A DNA stretch of 64,000 nt from Candidatus Bathyarchaeota archaeon (GCA_963739305.1 CAVTZU010000011.1:64001-128000); one strand, 5' to 3'. Positions 39,560 through 51,629 are shown, counted from the stretch's first letter. A program made the numbers and translations. Notes: generated from the sequence alone by a model not told the origin.

Positions 39560-40627
39560 TTGACCAGTAAAGGCGGGCACATCACAATGCTACACGGAGC
39601 TGGCGGAACTGTGATGCACAGTCTCGTCAAGAATTACGTCGTGAAATATTTTGGCGGAGCTAGCAATGCGGAGGTTCCGCTTGAAGCAATGGATGACGCT
39701 GCAGTCGTCGATGGCATAGCTCTGAAAACTGACTCACACGTGGTCAAGCCCATTTTCTTTCCAGGCGGAGACATCGGTCGTCTAGCAGTGTCGGGCACAG
39801 TGAACGATCTTTCATGTGTCGGTGCTGAACCATACGCTCTGGCCTGCGGCTTCGTGCTGGAAGAAGGTCTAGCTATTGATGATTTCGAGAAAATATTGGC
39901 CAGCATGCAAAAGACGTGCAGTGAAGCAGGAGTGAGCATAGTCACGGGAGACACAAAGGTCGTGGAGAAGGGCGCCCTTGGTGGCTGCATAATTAACACA
40001 TCTGGAATCGGGAGGAGAACAAATGCTTTGGATGAGAATTTCAAAGTCGTCAAAGCCTGCAAACACGGGATCAAGGCACGGTGGACTCTTGACTCGAACC
40101 TCGATGTCGGCGACAAGATAATCATATCTGGAACAATCGGAGATCATGGACTAGCTGTCTTGTCCGCTCAAGAGGGTCTAAAGTTTGGAAGTGAAATACG
40201 GTCCGACGTTAAACCGTTGAATCGCCTCGTACAGCGCTTACTCGGAGAAACAGGCGGAATTGTGTCGATAAAAGATCCTACTCGTGGTGGTTTGGCTGAT
40301 GCACTCAATGAATTCAGTGAAAAATCAAGAGTCGGCATTCTACTATACGAGGACAAGATTCCGATTAGAAAAGGCGTGCGGGCAGCTTGCGAAATGCTCG
40401 GCTTAGACCCTCTTGAAGTTGGCAACGAAGGAAAACTCATTCTAGGCGTGGTAAAGCAAAAAGCGAACGATCTCTTGAATCTCCTGAGAACAACTGAAGA
40501 AGGAAGAGATGCGGAAATCATTGGCGAAACAACAAAGGAGTTCAAAGGAGTTGCCATGCAAACAGTCGTAGGTGGAAAGAGAATAATCTCCAGACCCATT
40601 GGCGACCCAGTGCCCCGAATTTGTTGA
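39560..40627 (+). CDS. hypE: Hydrogenase maturation protein HypE
   Basis: HGAGG, GGDIGRLAVSGTVND, DPTRGG, terminal PRIC; start approximate. Confidence 0.96.
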   Translation: MTSKGGHITMLHGAGGTVMHSLVKNYVVKYFGGASNAEVPLEAMDDAAVVDGIALKTDSHVVKPIFFPGGDIGRLAVSGTVNDLSCVGAEPYALACGFVLEEGLAIDDFEKILASMQKTCSEAGVSIVTGDTKVVEKGALGGCIINTSGIGRRTNALDENFKVVKACKHGIKARWTLDSNLDVGDKIIISGTIGDHGLAVLSAQEGLKFGSEIRSDVKPLNRLVQRLLGETGGIVSIKDPTRGGLADALNEFSEKSRVGILLYEDKIPIRKGVRAACEMLGLDPLEVGNEGKLILGVVKQKANDLLNLLRTTEEGRDAEIIGETTKEFKGVAMQTVVGGKRIISRPIGDPVPRIC

Positions 40628-43457
40628 TTGGAGAATAACATGTCAAAACCCTACTGTGCGATGAGCCCTGACGAAGTATTGCAGGCTTTGAATACCAGCG
40701 AGACCGGGCTAAGCGAAGCGGAAGCCAAGAAGCGTTTCGCTGAAAACGGACCGAACGAACTGCGCAAAGAAAAGCGTGCTTCTCCGATAAAGATGTTCCT
40801 TGCACAGTTCACCGATATTCTCATGATTATTCTGTTGATTGCCATCGGTTTGTCAGTGGCAATCGGCGAGATTACTGACGCAATCGTTATACTCGCCATC
40901 GTGTTGGCGACTGCGGTGCTTGGCTTCGTTCAGGAGTTTCGTTCTGGAAAGGCCGTTGAGGCTTTGAAGAAGATGGTTGCGCCAACTGCAATTGTTATGC
41001 GTGATGGCAAAGAAGTAAAGATTCCAGCAGCCGAGATCGTGCCTGGCGACGTTGTTCTCCTGTACACCGGAGATAAAGTCCCTGCTGACGCACGTCTGCT
41101 GAAAGCTATCAACCTCAAAGTGGATGAAGCCTCACTGACCGGCGAGTCTTCTCCAGCAAAGAAGAGTATTGATGTGTGCGCAGAAGACGCTTCGCTGAAC
41201 GATCGCCAAGATATGGTTTTTACAGGAACAATCGTTGTTTATGGTCGTGGCGTGGCGGTTGCCACTTCAACAGGGATGAACACTGAATTTGGGAAAATAG
41301 CAAAGATGGTGCAGACAGCCAGGGAAGAGGAGACTCCTCTCGAAAAAAGAACCAAGTCCATCGGAAAATGGATCGGCCTGCTGTCTGTAGGTATTTGTTT
41401 TGGCGTAGCAATCGTGGGGATCGTTCAGGGGCTCAAGATCGTCGATATGCTTTTGTGGGGAATCAGCTTAGCAGTGGCAGCTGTTCCCGAAGCATTGCCA
41501 GCCATCGTTACAGGCGCCCTTGCGGTAGGCATGTACCGAATGGCCAAGGTCAGTACCATCGTGAAAAAACTGCCTGCAGTCGAAACATTGGGTTGCGCGA
41601 GCGTTATTTGTTCAGACAAGACGGGGACGATGACAAAAGGCGAAATGACTATTCAGAGAATATGCTTAGGTGATCAAGTCATAAAAGTCACAGGTGTAGG
41701 ATATGAACCAGAAGGGCAGTTTCTCGTCGAGGATCGGAAGATTGACCAGAAGAACGAACAACTCTGCAAGCTTTTGACTGCCGGAGTGCTCTGCAATGAC
41801 GCAAAGCTAGAAAAGGACACTGCCACGGAAAGATGGGTTGTCAAGGGTGACCCAACCGAGGGCGCGCTAATAGTTGCGGCGGCAAAAGCCGACCTTTGGA
41901 AAGAGGACTTGGAGAAGCAGAAGCCTCGAATTGCTGAAATTCCGTTTTCGTCAGAAACAAAGCGCATGACAACAGTGCATATCTCTTCGGACGGCAAAAA
42001 AGTGGCTTATATGAAGGGAGCGCCCGAGATAGTTCTCGGTAAGTGCACGAAGATAATGTCAAATGGAAAGATTGTCAGAATAACTGAAGGCGAACGCGCA
42101 GAAATACTCAAGATGAACGAGGTCATGGCGAAGCAAGCCCTGAGGAATTTGGGACTTGCTTTCAGAGAATTGCCCGAAACCGTGAACACGTTTGATGAGA
42201 GTATTGAGAAGGACTTTGTGTTTCTTGGCATTACTGGTATGATTGACCCGCCCAGAGAAGAAGTCAAGCAAGCAATTGACATCTGCCGAAAGGCAGGAAT
42301 CAGAGTTGTGATGGTGACGGGTGACCATAGACTTACTGCTGTGGCGGTCGCCAGAGAACTCAACTTGCTTGGTGAGAACGAAGTTGAGGGCAAAGTACTG
42401 ACTGGCGAGGACCTGCAAAAGTTGAGTGATGAACAACTCAACAAAATAGTGCAAAACATCGTCATCTACGCACGTGTTTCTCCTGAGCACAAATTGAGAA
42501 TCGTGAAGGCTTGGAAAGCCAATGGACAAGTAGTTGCTATGACCGGGGACGGAGTCAATGATGCTCCCGCACTGAAGGCATCAGACATAGGTGTAGCAAT
42601 GGGCATAACAGGCACTGAAGTGACTAAAGAAGCTGCAGACATGGTGCTTACAGATGATAACTTTGCTTCTATCGTGAAGGCAACTCGAGAGGGCCGCGAA
42701 ATCTACGACAACATCAAGAAATACCTCACATACCTTATGCGCTGCAACATAATGGAGATTCTGGTCATTTTTATCGCGGTGGTCTCTGTTCCCTTTTTGG
42801 CGAGAACATACGGCGCGACCGACGCGGCGATTGTGAGCAGCGCAACTGTGGCATTAACCGCTGCTCAGCTGTTGTGGGTCAACTTAACCACTGACGGTTT
42901 GCCTGCGATAGCTTTAGGCATTGATCCGGGTGACCCTGACATAATGGAGAGAAAGCCGCGAGATCCAAATGAAAGCATCTTCACTCGGGACGTCAAAACC
43001 TACCTATCTCTTGTCCCCATATTGATGACGGGATTGCTTCTGTTTGGATACTTCTACTATCAACCATGGATGCCCCCAACCTTGAACGCGGCTGGCAAAG
43101 TTATATACGACCCATTACTTGAAGCGCGAACACAATTGTTGACTTCCATGGTTCTCATGGAATTGGCCAACGCATTATCTGCACGATCATTGAAGTATCC
43201 ATTGTGGAAAGTAGGCGTGTTCAAGAACAAATTTCTCTGGTACGCTATCGGATCTTCATTCATCCTTCAGCTCTTCATATCTGTACACACCAGGGATCAA
43301 CGCAGCCTTCGCTGTGACTGCACCTGAACCTTTGGATTGGGCATTTGCGATATTGTTCACTGCCATAACCTTCACCACGCTAGAGAGCGCAAAGTGGCTT
43401 ATGAGCAGAAGACGAATGGAGAAAACGGCTCAGAAAGCCTTATATGACCAACGCTGA
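40628..43457 (+). CDS. P-type (IIA, Ca2+-like) ATPase, with a +1 frameshift near 43280
   Basis: TGES, PEAL, DKTGT, GDGVND; the last TM region ([10 protein letters not shown]...LDW...LESAKW) continues in the shifted frame to TGA 43457. Confidence 0.9.
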
Positions 43458-43500
43458 GAACATGACTTTTCAAAGTCAAAATAGGAAGGTTCGAAACGAA

Positions 43501-44068
43501 ATGACTGAAAGCAAGCTTGCTAATCCGGCGCCGCTTGGACTATTAGGTTTCGGGCTAACGACAGTACTTCTGAACCTTGCCAACGCTGGATACTTCGGTG
43601 TCAACAGCATGATTCTCGCGATGGGACTGGCGTACGGGGGACTCGCTCAGGTGATCGCAGGCGCGATGGAATTCAAGAAAGGCAACACATTCGGAATGGT
43701 GGCCTTTTCGTCATACGGTCTATTCTGGTGGTCCTTGGTAATTCTGGTCGTGTTTCCAAGTTTTCACGCCATTTGCAACAGACGCTTCAGGAATGGCAGC
43801 ATACTTCGTCATGTGGGGCCTATTCACCTTCGCAATGTTCTTCGGCACGCTAAAGGCAAACAGAGGACTGCAATTCGTGTTTGGTTCTCTTACCATTCTC
43901 TTCTTCCTCCTGGCGGCTCACGAACTGACTGGCAACGCGACCCTGCTCACAATCACGGGTTACGAAGGTATAATCTGCGGCCTAAGCGCGTTTTACTTGG
44001 GTATTGCTCATGTGCTCAACGAAGTTCATGGAAAAAACGTGCTACCGATCGGTCCAATTATCCTCTGA
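43501..44068 (+). CDS. satP: Acetate uptake transporter SatP/YaaH (GPR1/FUN34), with a +1 frameshift near 43762
   Basis: [21 protein letters not shown]...YG.FW; C-terminal half in ORF 43793-44068. Confidence 0.9.
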
Positions 44069-44156
44069 GCCTACCTTCCCCTTTTTGTTTTCGACCTAAA
44101 AAAGTTTATATTGACGTAAGAAGGTCTTTCCACAAAGTTTCATTGAAGGTTATAGA

Positions 44157-46097
44157 ATGTCAGAGACAAGCTTACCTTTCAACGAGAAGATCTACCCGGG
44201 AAGAATCCTTAAGGACGAATGGGAGAGGTCAATCAAGAACCCGCAAGAGTTTTGGGCTGAAAAAGCAAAGGCCATCGACTGGTTCAAAACGTGGGACAAA
44301 GTATTGGACGATTCGAACAAACCCTTCTACAAATGGTTCTCGGGTGGCATTCTGAACATAAGCTACAACGCTCTCGACAGGCATTTGAAGACACCAAAGA
44401 AGAACATGCTTGCCTACATCTGGGAAGGCGAAGCCGGAGAAGTCCGGACTTACACTTACTATCAGCTTTACAGAGAAGTGAACAAACTCGCCAAGATTTT
44501 CAAGGACCTGGGGCTCAAGAAAGGAGATCGCGTCGCTGTCTATCTGCCAATGATTCCAGAGCTACCGATCACGCTACTTGCATGCTCTCGAATAGGCGCA
44601 GTTCATACGGTTGTATTCTCAGGCTTCAGTGCAGAGGCACTTGCAGATCGAGTTAACGACTGTGGAGCCAAGGTTCTGGTCACAGCTGACGGCGCCTATC
44701 GACGTGGAAAAACTGTCACATTGAAGGATACCGCCGATCGCGCACTGCAAAGTACACCTAACGTTAAGAATGTAGTCGTTGTAAAGCGAACTGGACAGAC
44801 CGTTCCTATGAAGGACGGTCGAGACATCTGGTACAACGAGGCCATGGGCAAAGTGGAACCAAATGTTTACGTCGAGCCTGAGCCGATGGAGTCCACTGAG
44901 CCGCTGTTCATACTTTACACGTCTGGAACAACTGGGAAGCCTAAAGGAATCCAGCACGGTACTGGCGGCTTTTTGGTGTGGGGTTACTGGACCCTCAAGT
45001 GGGGTTTCAACCCGGATGAAACGGACATTTGGTGGTGTACAGCTGACATTGGATGGATAACTGGCCATACATACAACGTCTATGCCCCGCTGGCTGTCGG
45101 AGTAACTTCGTTTATTTTCGAAGGGACACCCGATTATCCTGCACAAGACAGGTGGTGGGATATCATCGAACGACAAGGTGTAACGATACTTTACACGACG
45201 CCCACAGCGATCAGAATGTTCATGAAATTCGGCGAGCAATGGGTGACAAAGCACGATTTGAGTTCTCTGAGACTTCTGGGCACAGTCGGTGAGCCGATTA
45301 ACCCCGAAGCTTGGAAATGGTACTACCGCTTCGTAGGGAAAGAAAGACTCGCGATCATTGACACCTGGTGGCAGACTGAAACAGGAGGGTTCATGATAGC
45401 TCCCCTGTCGGGACTGGAGCTCGTTCCACTAAAACCAGGTTCAGCCACGAACCCGTTGCCGAGCGTAAACGCAGAGGTCTATGATGAAAAGGGGCAACAG
45501 GCACCTACGGGTACCAAAGGATTTCTCGTGATAAAAACACCTTGGCCTGGAATGCTGGAGACAATCTGGAAAGACCCTGAAAGATACAAGCAGACATATT
45601 TTGGAAGATGGCCAAACATTTACTACACCGGTGACTACGCGGTTAGGGATCCTGATGGATACTTCTGGCTTCTCGGAAGAGCAGATGAGGTATTGAAGGT
45701 CGCAGGTCACAGAATCGGCACAGTTGAACTCGAAAGCGCCCTCGTTTCGCACCCAGCAGTCTCGGAAGCCGCAGTCATGGGCAAAGAAGACGCTCTCAAA
45801 GGCGAGGTTCCCGTGGCTTTCGTGACGCTCAGAACCGGTTTCCAACCATCAGATGAACTTCGCGCTGAACTAGTGAAACACATAAGAAACACCATCGGTC
45901 CGATCGCAACACCCGACGCAATTGTGATCGTAAACAGGCTACCGAAAACGCGCAGCGGAAAGATCATGAGAAGACTGCTGAAAGCAGTGCTATCAGGCGC
46001 AGCCTTGGGCGACGTTTCCACTCTGGAAGATGAAGGCTCCGTCGACGACATAAAAGCCTCTTACGAGGAAATGCGAAAACAACTGGAAAAGAAGTAA
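44157..46097 (+). CDS. acs: AMP-forming acetyl-CoA synthetase
   Basis: [31 protein letters not shown]. Confidence 0.97.
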   Translation: MSETSLPFNEKIYPGRILKDEWERSIKNPQEFWAEKAKAIDWFKTWDKVLDDSNKPFYKWFSGGILNISYNALDRHLKTPKKNMLAYIWEGEAGEVRTYTYYQLYREVNKLAKIFKDLGLKKGDRVAVYLPMIPELPITLLACSRIGAVHTVVFSGFSAEALADRVNDCGAKVLVTADGAYRRGKTVTLKDTADRALQSTPNVKNVVVVKRTGQTVPMKDGRDIWYNEAMGKVEPNVYVEPEPMESTEPLFILYTSGTTGKPKGIQHGTGGFLVWGYWTLKWGFNPDETDIWWCTADIGWITGHTYNVYAPLAVGVTSFIFEGTPDYPAQDRWWDIIERQGVTILYTTPTAIRMFMKFGEQWVTKHDLSSLRLLGTVGEPINPEAWKWYYRFVGKERLAIIDTWWQTETGGFMIAPLSGLELVPLKPGSATNPLPSVNAEVYDEKGQQAPTGTKGFLVIKTPWPGMLETIWKDPERYKQTYFGRWPNIYYTGDYAVRDPDGYFWLLGRADEVLKVAGHRIGTVELESALVSHPAVSEAAVMGKEDALKGEVPVAFVTLRTGFQPSDELRAELVKHIRNTIGPIATPDAIVIVNRLPKTRSGKIMRRLLKAVLSGAALGDVSTLEDEGSVDDIKASYEEMRKQLEKK

Positions 46098-46206
46098 GCG
46101 CTGCCTCCTCCTTTCATCACTTTTTCTTTAGCAAAGCGAAGTGTGCACCTTCACGCGTGCACACGCATATATTCTTGAAATTCTGAATCTCAACTAGGTG
46201 TGAGTT

Positions 46207-46977
46207 ATGCCGCTTCCGCTCGTTGAACGATCACGAGAAGAAATTGCTGAAGCCATAAAAAAGAGGGTTCAAACTGTCAATGGGATCAAAGCTGTTAGGC
46301 AGCTAGACGTGCGCGTCAGCGGGAAAAGACTGGATGTGAACGTCACCCTTCTTGTAGATGATAACCTAACGTGGGAGAATGCTCACAGAGTTGCATTGAG
46401 TGCCGAGAGAGCAATCATTTCGGAGTATCCCGACGCCAGAGTTGTAGTCAACACGGAGCCTTTCGGGATTGGCGAAGAACACCTCTGGGCAATCGTTAGA
46501 GACGTTGCTGATGATGTACCTGGTTCAAGGGGTGTTCATAATATTCACGTTCAAAGAATTGACCACAACCTGTATGTCGATCTGCATTTGGAGGTCAGTG
46601 CCAACTTGACCGTGAAACAGGCTCACGAGATTGCCGATCAGGTTGAATCGAAGATAAAAATGGCTAATTCGAACATTTCGGAGGTCACTGTTCACATCGA
46701 ATCTGCTTCCGAACGTGTTTCAAGGGAGATGGCTAAAGTTGAGACTGAGTTGGAGTCATTCGTAGAACACATTGCGCAAAGTTTCCCCGATGTCAAAGAC
46801 ATTTGTAACGTCAAAGTTCGCAGAGTGGGAAACGCCACCCACCTGGTACTTCGCTGTCGCTTCGACCCAAACCTGAGCATTGAGAAGGCCCACAGAATCT
46901 CGAGCAAACTCGAGAGAGAGATCAGAGAGGCTTATCCTGACATCACTCGAATAGACATTCATGAAGAGCCAGTTTAG
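46207..46977 (+). CDS. Soluble protein made of three tandem CDF C-terminal (ZT_dimer) domains
   Basis: Three repeats with L(T/S)...AH.(V/I)...E...H.EP; no TM helix. Confidence 0.8.
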   Translation: MPLPLVERSREEIAEAIKKRVQTVNGIKAVRQLDVRVSGKRLDVNVTLLVDDNLTWENAHRVALSAERAIISEYPDARVVVNTEPFGIGEEHLWAIVRDVADDVPGSRGVHNIHVQRIDHNLYVDLHLEVSANLTVKQAHEIADQVESKIKMANSNISEVTVHIESASERVSREMAKVETELESFVEHIAQSFPDVKDICNVKVRRVGNATHLVLRCRFDPNLSIEKAHRISSKLEREIREAYPDITRIDIHEEPV

Positions 46978-47094
46978 AAAAAATCGCCCTGTGAATGGCC
47001 GGTCACCCCACAATACCTAAATACCACCGGTAGTGACTTAGTGAGACTCAACTACGTCTAGCACGAGGATCATACTTGAGGCGGATTCAAGAAC

Positions 47095-49671
47095 ACGGCG
47101 AAGGAAAAAGACGTCGCATCTCAAAAGGACTGCTGGTCAATTCAAACAGCAGATGTTTATCAACTAGCTGAAACTACTGATCGGGGCCTTTCTGGACAAG
47201 AAGCTGAAAGACGACTCAAAATCTACGGACGCAACGAACTACCAAGACACGCGTTCAGCACAACTCAGGTTGTTCTAAGACAGTTCAAGAACCCTATTTT
47301 CGCAATTCTAATCGCATGTGCAATAATAGCAGGTATCTACGAAGCGCCTGAACAGGCCATAATAATACTGTTGATGATCGCCATCAGCGTTGTCCTCGGG
47401 TTCTACAACGAATATAAAGCAGAAAGAATCGTCGAAAATCTCCGCCAAAATGTGGCCATCAAGGCAGTCGTCACCCGAGATGGCAAATCTTCCCAAATTG
47501 ACTCGAGACAGCTAGTTCCCGGAGATCTTGTGTCAGTCTACGTGGGGGACATCGCGCCGGCGGATATGAGAATCGTGAAGCATAATGACCTTCAGGCCGA
47601 CGAGGCGACCTTTACAGGTGAATCCTTCCCGGTTGAGAAGACTTCTGAACCCATCGTAATCGAGCGTCCAACACCTCAACAGCTCACGAACTACCTATTC
47701 ATGGGAACAGTTGTTGTGCACGGTTCTGGTCAGGGCGTCGTCGTTTCGACGGGAAAGACCACCCAGTTAGGGGCTATTTCAAGAAGTCTGGTGCGTTCCC
47801 ATCCAGAAACGGAATTTCAGCGTGGTATTCGCCAGTATGGGACTATGCTCATCATGCTGACTCTCGCATTGACAATCGCGATTTTTGGTTTGATGTCTGC
47901 TGTTGGCAAGCCGATAATCGATTCTTTGTTGTTTTCTCTGGCAGTTGCCGTCGGCTTAGTGCCCGAGCTGATGCCTGCCATCGTTACAATTAGTCTCGCG
48001 CGAGGCGCTAGCAGGATGGCGAAGGTGAAAGTCGTCGTGAAACGTCTTGTTTCAATTGAAGACTTCGGCAACATGAGTGTTTTCTGCACTGACAAGACGG
48101 GAACGCTGACTGAAGGGAAAGTTGCTCTCAACGACTGCCGTGGTCTGGGTGATAAAGAAGACGAAAGAGTGCTACCTTTTTCCATGTTGTGCAACTCAGC
48201 GGTTGTGGGAGATACCGTCGTCGGCAACCCTATGGACGCAGCGATCTGGGAGTACGCTATCAAGGCCGGTGTGCAAGATAGCGTTAAGTCTTACACAAAA
48301 ATCCACGAGATACCTTTCGACTATCAACGTCGGATAATGTCAGTCATCGTGAAAGAAGGCGACGACTATCTCTTGATCAGCAAAGGAGCTCCTGAATCGA
48401 TTTTCTCCCGATGCCAATACGCAGATATTAGCGGAGAAACAAAACCGATAAGCTCAGTTAAGGAAGCTATTGACGATAAGTTTTTCAGACTGTCAGAGCT
48501 GGGTTATCGAATTCTAGCGGTAGGAAGCCGACAGATAGAATACAGGTCTTCCTATTCTGTCGAGGATGAAAAGGACTTGACTCTGCTGGGTTTTCTGATA
48601 TTCACTGACCCGCCTAAGAAAGACGCTCATGAAGCCATTGAAAGACTCAAGCAGATGGGCGTTGAAGTGAAGATTTTGACCGGAGACAACGAGCTCGTTG
48701 CCAAAACAGTTTGCGACGAACTGAAAGTGCCTGTCAAAAAGATTATCGTCGGGTCAGACCTCACACTGATGAGTTGGACGGAAGTCAAAGAAGCAGTTGA
48801 AGAAACTACGATCTTTGCGCGGATAACGCCTGAGCAGAAGCTCGACGTAATCAAAGCGTTGAAGGAAAATGGTCACGTGGTCGGGTTTGGAGGAGACGGA
48901 GTGAACGATGCTCCCGCACTCTACGAGGCAGATGTAGGCGTATCCATGGACACAGGAGTTGACGTTGCAAAAGAAGCTGCAGACATCGTTTTGTTGGAGA
49001 AGGATTTGCTGGTCATGGCTGATGGAATAGGCGAAGGTCGCAGGATCTTCGGGAATACCATCAAGTACGTTTTGATGGGGACAAGCTCTAACTTTGGTAA
49101 CATGTTCAGCGTTGCCGCGGCAGCGGTGTTTTTGCCCTTCCTTCCCATGTTACCGATTCAAATTCTTTTCATGAACTTGCTTTATGACGTCGCCAACATG
49201 ACATTGCCCACAGATAATGTGGATGAAGAGTACATCAAGTCGCCGAGGCATTGGGACATAGGTTTCGTGAGGAAATATACCTTGTTTTTCGGTCCATTCA
49301 GTTCGTTATATGATTTCCTTACTTTTGGTATAATGCTCTTTATTTTCAATGCCGCGGCGGGCGCTGGAAATCCGGCGCTGTTCCAAAGCGGTTGGTTTGT
49401 TGAGTCTTTCTGGACTGAAGTTCTCGTGATGTTCGTTATTAGAACGAGGCGCATTCCTTTCTGGTCGAGTCGCCCAGGCAAATGGCTTTTAGTGCTGACT
49501 CTTTCTTGCGTGGCTTTTGGAACGATTCTTCCTTTCACTCTGATTGGTGGCTTTTTAGGGTTCACCGCTCTTCCGCCCAACTACTGGGCGCTCTTGATAC
49601 TTATGGTTGCTACTTATTTGGTGCTGGTAGATGCAGGGAAGGTGTTCTTCTATAAGATATGTGGGTTTTGA
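47095..49671 (+). CDS. mgtA: Mg2+-importing P-type ATPase; start uncertain (ACG at 47095)
   Basis: PELMP, DKTGT, SSNFGNMFS, FQSGWFVES, IRTRRIPF; the frame is open upstream of 47371 through GLSGQEAERRLKIYGRNE. Confidence 0.9.
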   Translation, partial: TAKEKDVASQKDCWSIQTADVYQLAETTDRGLSGQEAERRLKIYGRNELPRHAFSTTQVVLRQFKNPIFAILIACAIIAGIYEAPEQAIIILLMIAISVVLGFYNEYKAERIVENLRQNVAIKAVVTRDGKSSQIDSRQLVPGDLVSVYVGDIAPADMRIVKHNDLQADEATFTGESFPVEKTSEPIVIERPTPQQLTNYLFMGTVVVHGSGQGVVVSTGKTTQLGAISRSLVRSHPETEFQRGIRQYGTMLIMLTLALTIAIFGLMSAVGKPIIDSLLFSLAVAVGLVPELMPAIVTISLARGASRMAKVKVVVKRLVSIEDFGNMSVFCTDKTGTLTEGKVALNDCRGLGDKEDERVLPFSMLCNSAVVGDTVVGNPMDAAIWEYAIKAGVQDSVKSYTKIHEIPFDYQRRIMSVIVKEGDDYLLISKGAPESIFSRCQYADISGETKPISSVKEAIDDKFFRLSELGYRILAVGSRQIEYRSSYSVEDEKDLTLLGFLIFTDPPKKDAHEAIERLKQMGVEVKILTGDNELVAKTVCDELKVPVKKIIVGSDLTLMSWTEVKEAVEETTIFARITPEQKLDVIKALKENGHVVGFGGDGVNDAPALYEADVGVSMDTGVDVAKEAADIVLLEKDLLVMADGIGEGRRIFGNTIKYVLMGTSSNFGNMFSVAAAAVFLPFLPMLPIQILFMNLLYDVANMTLPTDNVDEEYIKSPRHWDIGFVRKYTLFFGPFSSLYDFLTFGIMLFIFNAAAGAGNPALFQSGWFVESFWTEVLVMFVIRTRRIPFWSSRPGKWLLVLTLSCVAFGTILPFTLIGGFLGFTALPPNYWALLILMVATYLVLVDAGKVFFYKICGF

Positions 49672-49685
49672 GGAGGCTGATATGC

Positions 49686-50003
49686 TTGGTAGGTGTTGAT
49701 CTATTTCAATGGTGGGCGGCAACCATCAGCGCAGGCAGCATTTTCCTTTCGCTGGTAGGGGTGTATCTCTATTTGAACAGTAGGAAAAGTAGGAACGCGC
49801 ACTACGTGAAGGGAACGAGGAGGTTGACGCGTTCACTTAAAGACTTCGTTTTCGTGTGGGTTCTGTTAGGTCTCCTGGTCTTCTACATTGTGTCAATAGA
49901 TATTGGCTCTGACTGGTTGTTTGCGGCCGGAAACATCTTTGTCGAATTAATGTTGCTTGTATATCTTCTAAGAAACAGAACAAGAGAGTCCAAGCAGGAG
50001 TAA
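49686..50003 (+). CDS. Small membrane protein (3 TM)
   Basis: AGGAGG before TTG 49686; hydrophobic helices. Confidence 0.6.
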   Translation: MVGVDLFQWWAATISAGSIFLSLVGVYLYLNSRKSRNAHYVKGTRRLTRSLKDFVFVWVLLGLLVFYIVSIDIGSDWLFAAGNIFVELMLLVYLLRNRTRESKQE

Positions 50004-50057
50004 TGCCCACTGTTTCAAGAGCAGAAGGGCTGTAGACCACCTAAACCGTCTTGTTTT

Positions 50058-51374
50058 TCACGGATAGAATCTTCTTGTTGTTCTCGGAAATGGAATTGCA
50101 TCAATAATGTTCTCCAGATCAAGCATCCACGTTAGGAGCCTTTCCAAGCCCATTCCGAAGCCCATGTGGGGAACTGTGCCATAACGCCGCAGATCAATGT
50201 ACCAATCATAATCCTTTTCGCTTAACCCTTGCTCTCTAATTCTTTCCACTAGTTGATCCTTGTCGTCTTCTCTCGCCCCGCCTGTCGACAGTTCGCCTAT
50301 TCTCGGCACTAACATGTCGGTCGACATCGCAATGTCCGGTTTGTCTCTGTACGTCTTGCAGTAGAACGCTTTGATCTTTTTCGGGTAATCGTAAACGAAG
50401 AAGGGTTTGCCAAAGTCTTCTGCTAATGCCTTTTCTTCCTCGTACCCGAGATCATCACCCCACTTTGTCTTGAAGCCCTTCGACTTGAGCCTCTCAACAG
50501 CCTCGGTATATGTTATTCTCGGAAAGGGCGGCTTGACGAGGAGTAGTTTCTTCATGTCCGCTCCCAACTCTTCAAACTCGCGTTTGCAGTTGTCAACTAC
50601 TCTCTTGCAGACGTAAGTGAGCAGTTCCTCTTCTAGACAAATCAAATCAGTCATATCTGCAAATGCTTGTTCAGCTTCTATATGCCAGTATTCGCTCAAA
50701 TGCCGTATGGTCCTGCTCTTCTCAGCTCTGAACGAAGGGGCGACGCAGTAGACTTTTTCCAAGGAGTAGATCAGTATTTCGAGGTAAAGCTGGGCGCTTT
50801 GAGTCAGGTACATGTTCTGATCGAAATACTTCAAACCGAAAAGTGTCGATCCGCCCTCGCAAGCACTCGTTATGAACATCGGAGGTGAAACCTGGGTGAA
50901 CGCGCGTTTATCAAAGAACTCGTTAACAAATCCAAGGATTTCGCTGCGCACCTTCATAACAACAGTCATTTCACGGCTGCGCAGCCACAGATGCCTGATG
51001 TTTCGGAGGAAATCCTCGCTGTCCTCTTCCCCCTTCTTCCCTGTCTTGTCTCTTCCCTTTGTAATGGGAAATGGAGAGTCAGCCAACCCCACTATGGTGA
51101 TTTCGTCGGTGAGCACTTCATAACCCCCTGGGGCACGCGCATCTTTCTTGACTTTTCCAGTGAGTATCGAGGAGGATTCGATTGTTATCTTTTCGGCTTC
51201 GCTCCATCCTAGGCTTTCTTTCTTAACTGGGCACTGGATGATCCCTGTGGAGTCTCGCATTACAAGAAAAATCATTTCTTTTCCTTCTCTCTTCCGATGT
51301 ATCCAGCCGCGGATTGCAACTTTCTTTTCTTCAAATTTCCCGTCTAGAATTTCACGAATGGAAACGTAGCTCAT
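50058..51374 (-). CDS. asnS: Asparagine-tRNA ligase
   Basis: EGGSTLF, TQSAQLYLE, FRAEKSRTIRHLSE, WYIDLRRYG, GMGLER; ATG 51374. Confidence 0.92.
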   Translation of the reverse strand: MSYVSIREILDGKFEEKKVAIRGWIHRKREGKEMIFLVMRDSTGIIQCPVKKESLGWSEAEKITIESSSILTGKVKKDARAPGGYEVLTDEITIVGLADSPFPITKGRDKTGKKGEEDSEDFLRNIRHLWLRSREMTVVMKVRSEILGFVNEFFDKRAFTQVSPPMFITSACEGGSTLFGLKYFDQNMYLTQSAQLYLEILIYSLEKVYCVAPSFRAEKSRTIRHLSEYWHIEAEQAFADMTDLICLEEELLTYVCKRVVDNCKREFEELGADMKKLLLVKPPFPRITYTEAVERLKSKGFKTKWGDDLGYEEEKALAEDFGKPFFVYDYPKKIKAFYCKTYRDKPDIAMSTDMLVPRIGELSTGGAREDDKDQLVERIREQGLSEKDYDWYIDLRRYGTVPHMGFGMGLERLLTWMLDLENIIDAIPFPRTTRRFYP

Positions 51375-51629
51375 GCGGATCAACCTTTTCCTCTCAATAT
51401 CGCTTTCAAAGCTAAATATGTATCTTGATTCGATTCTGGGATCAACAATAACGATTTCCAAAAGAAAGATCTGAAAGGCTTCGTCAAGACTCGCTGATAA
51501 GAGACCCTTTCTTGGCTGACACCAGAGGGATCGCAATCGTATAAGCCCGTGAGACTTATCGGAATTCTTGGTCATAATTCTTAAATCTCCGGCTTATGAG
51601 CTTAGTATCGCGGTTTGGTTTGAGAGACC

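Noticed and set aside
51375-51575. N-terminal extension of AsnRS
   Set aside because: Intergenic read-through; the OB domain begins at ATG 51374.
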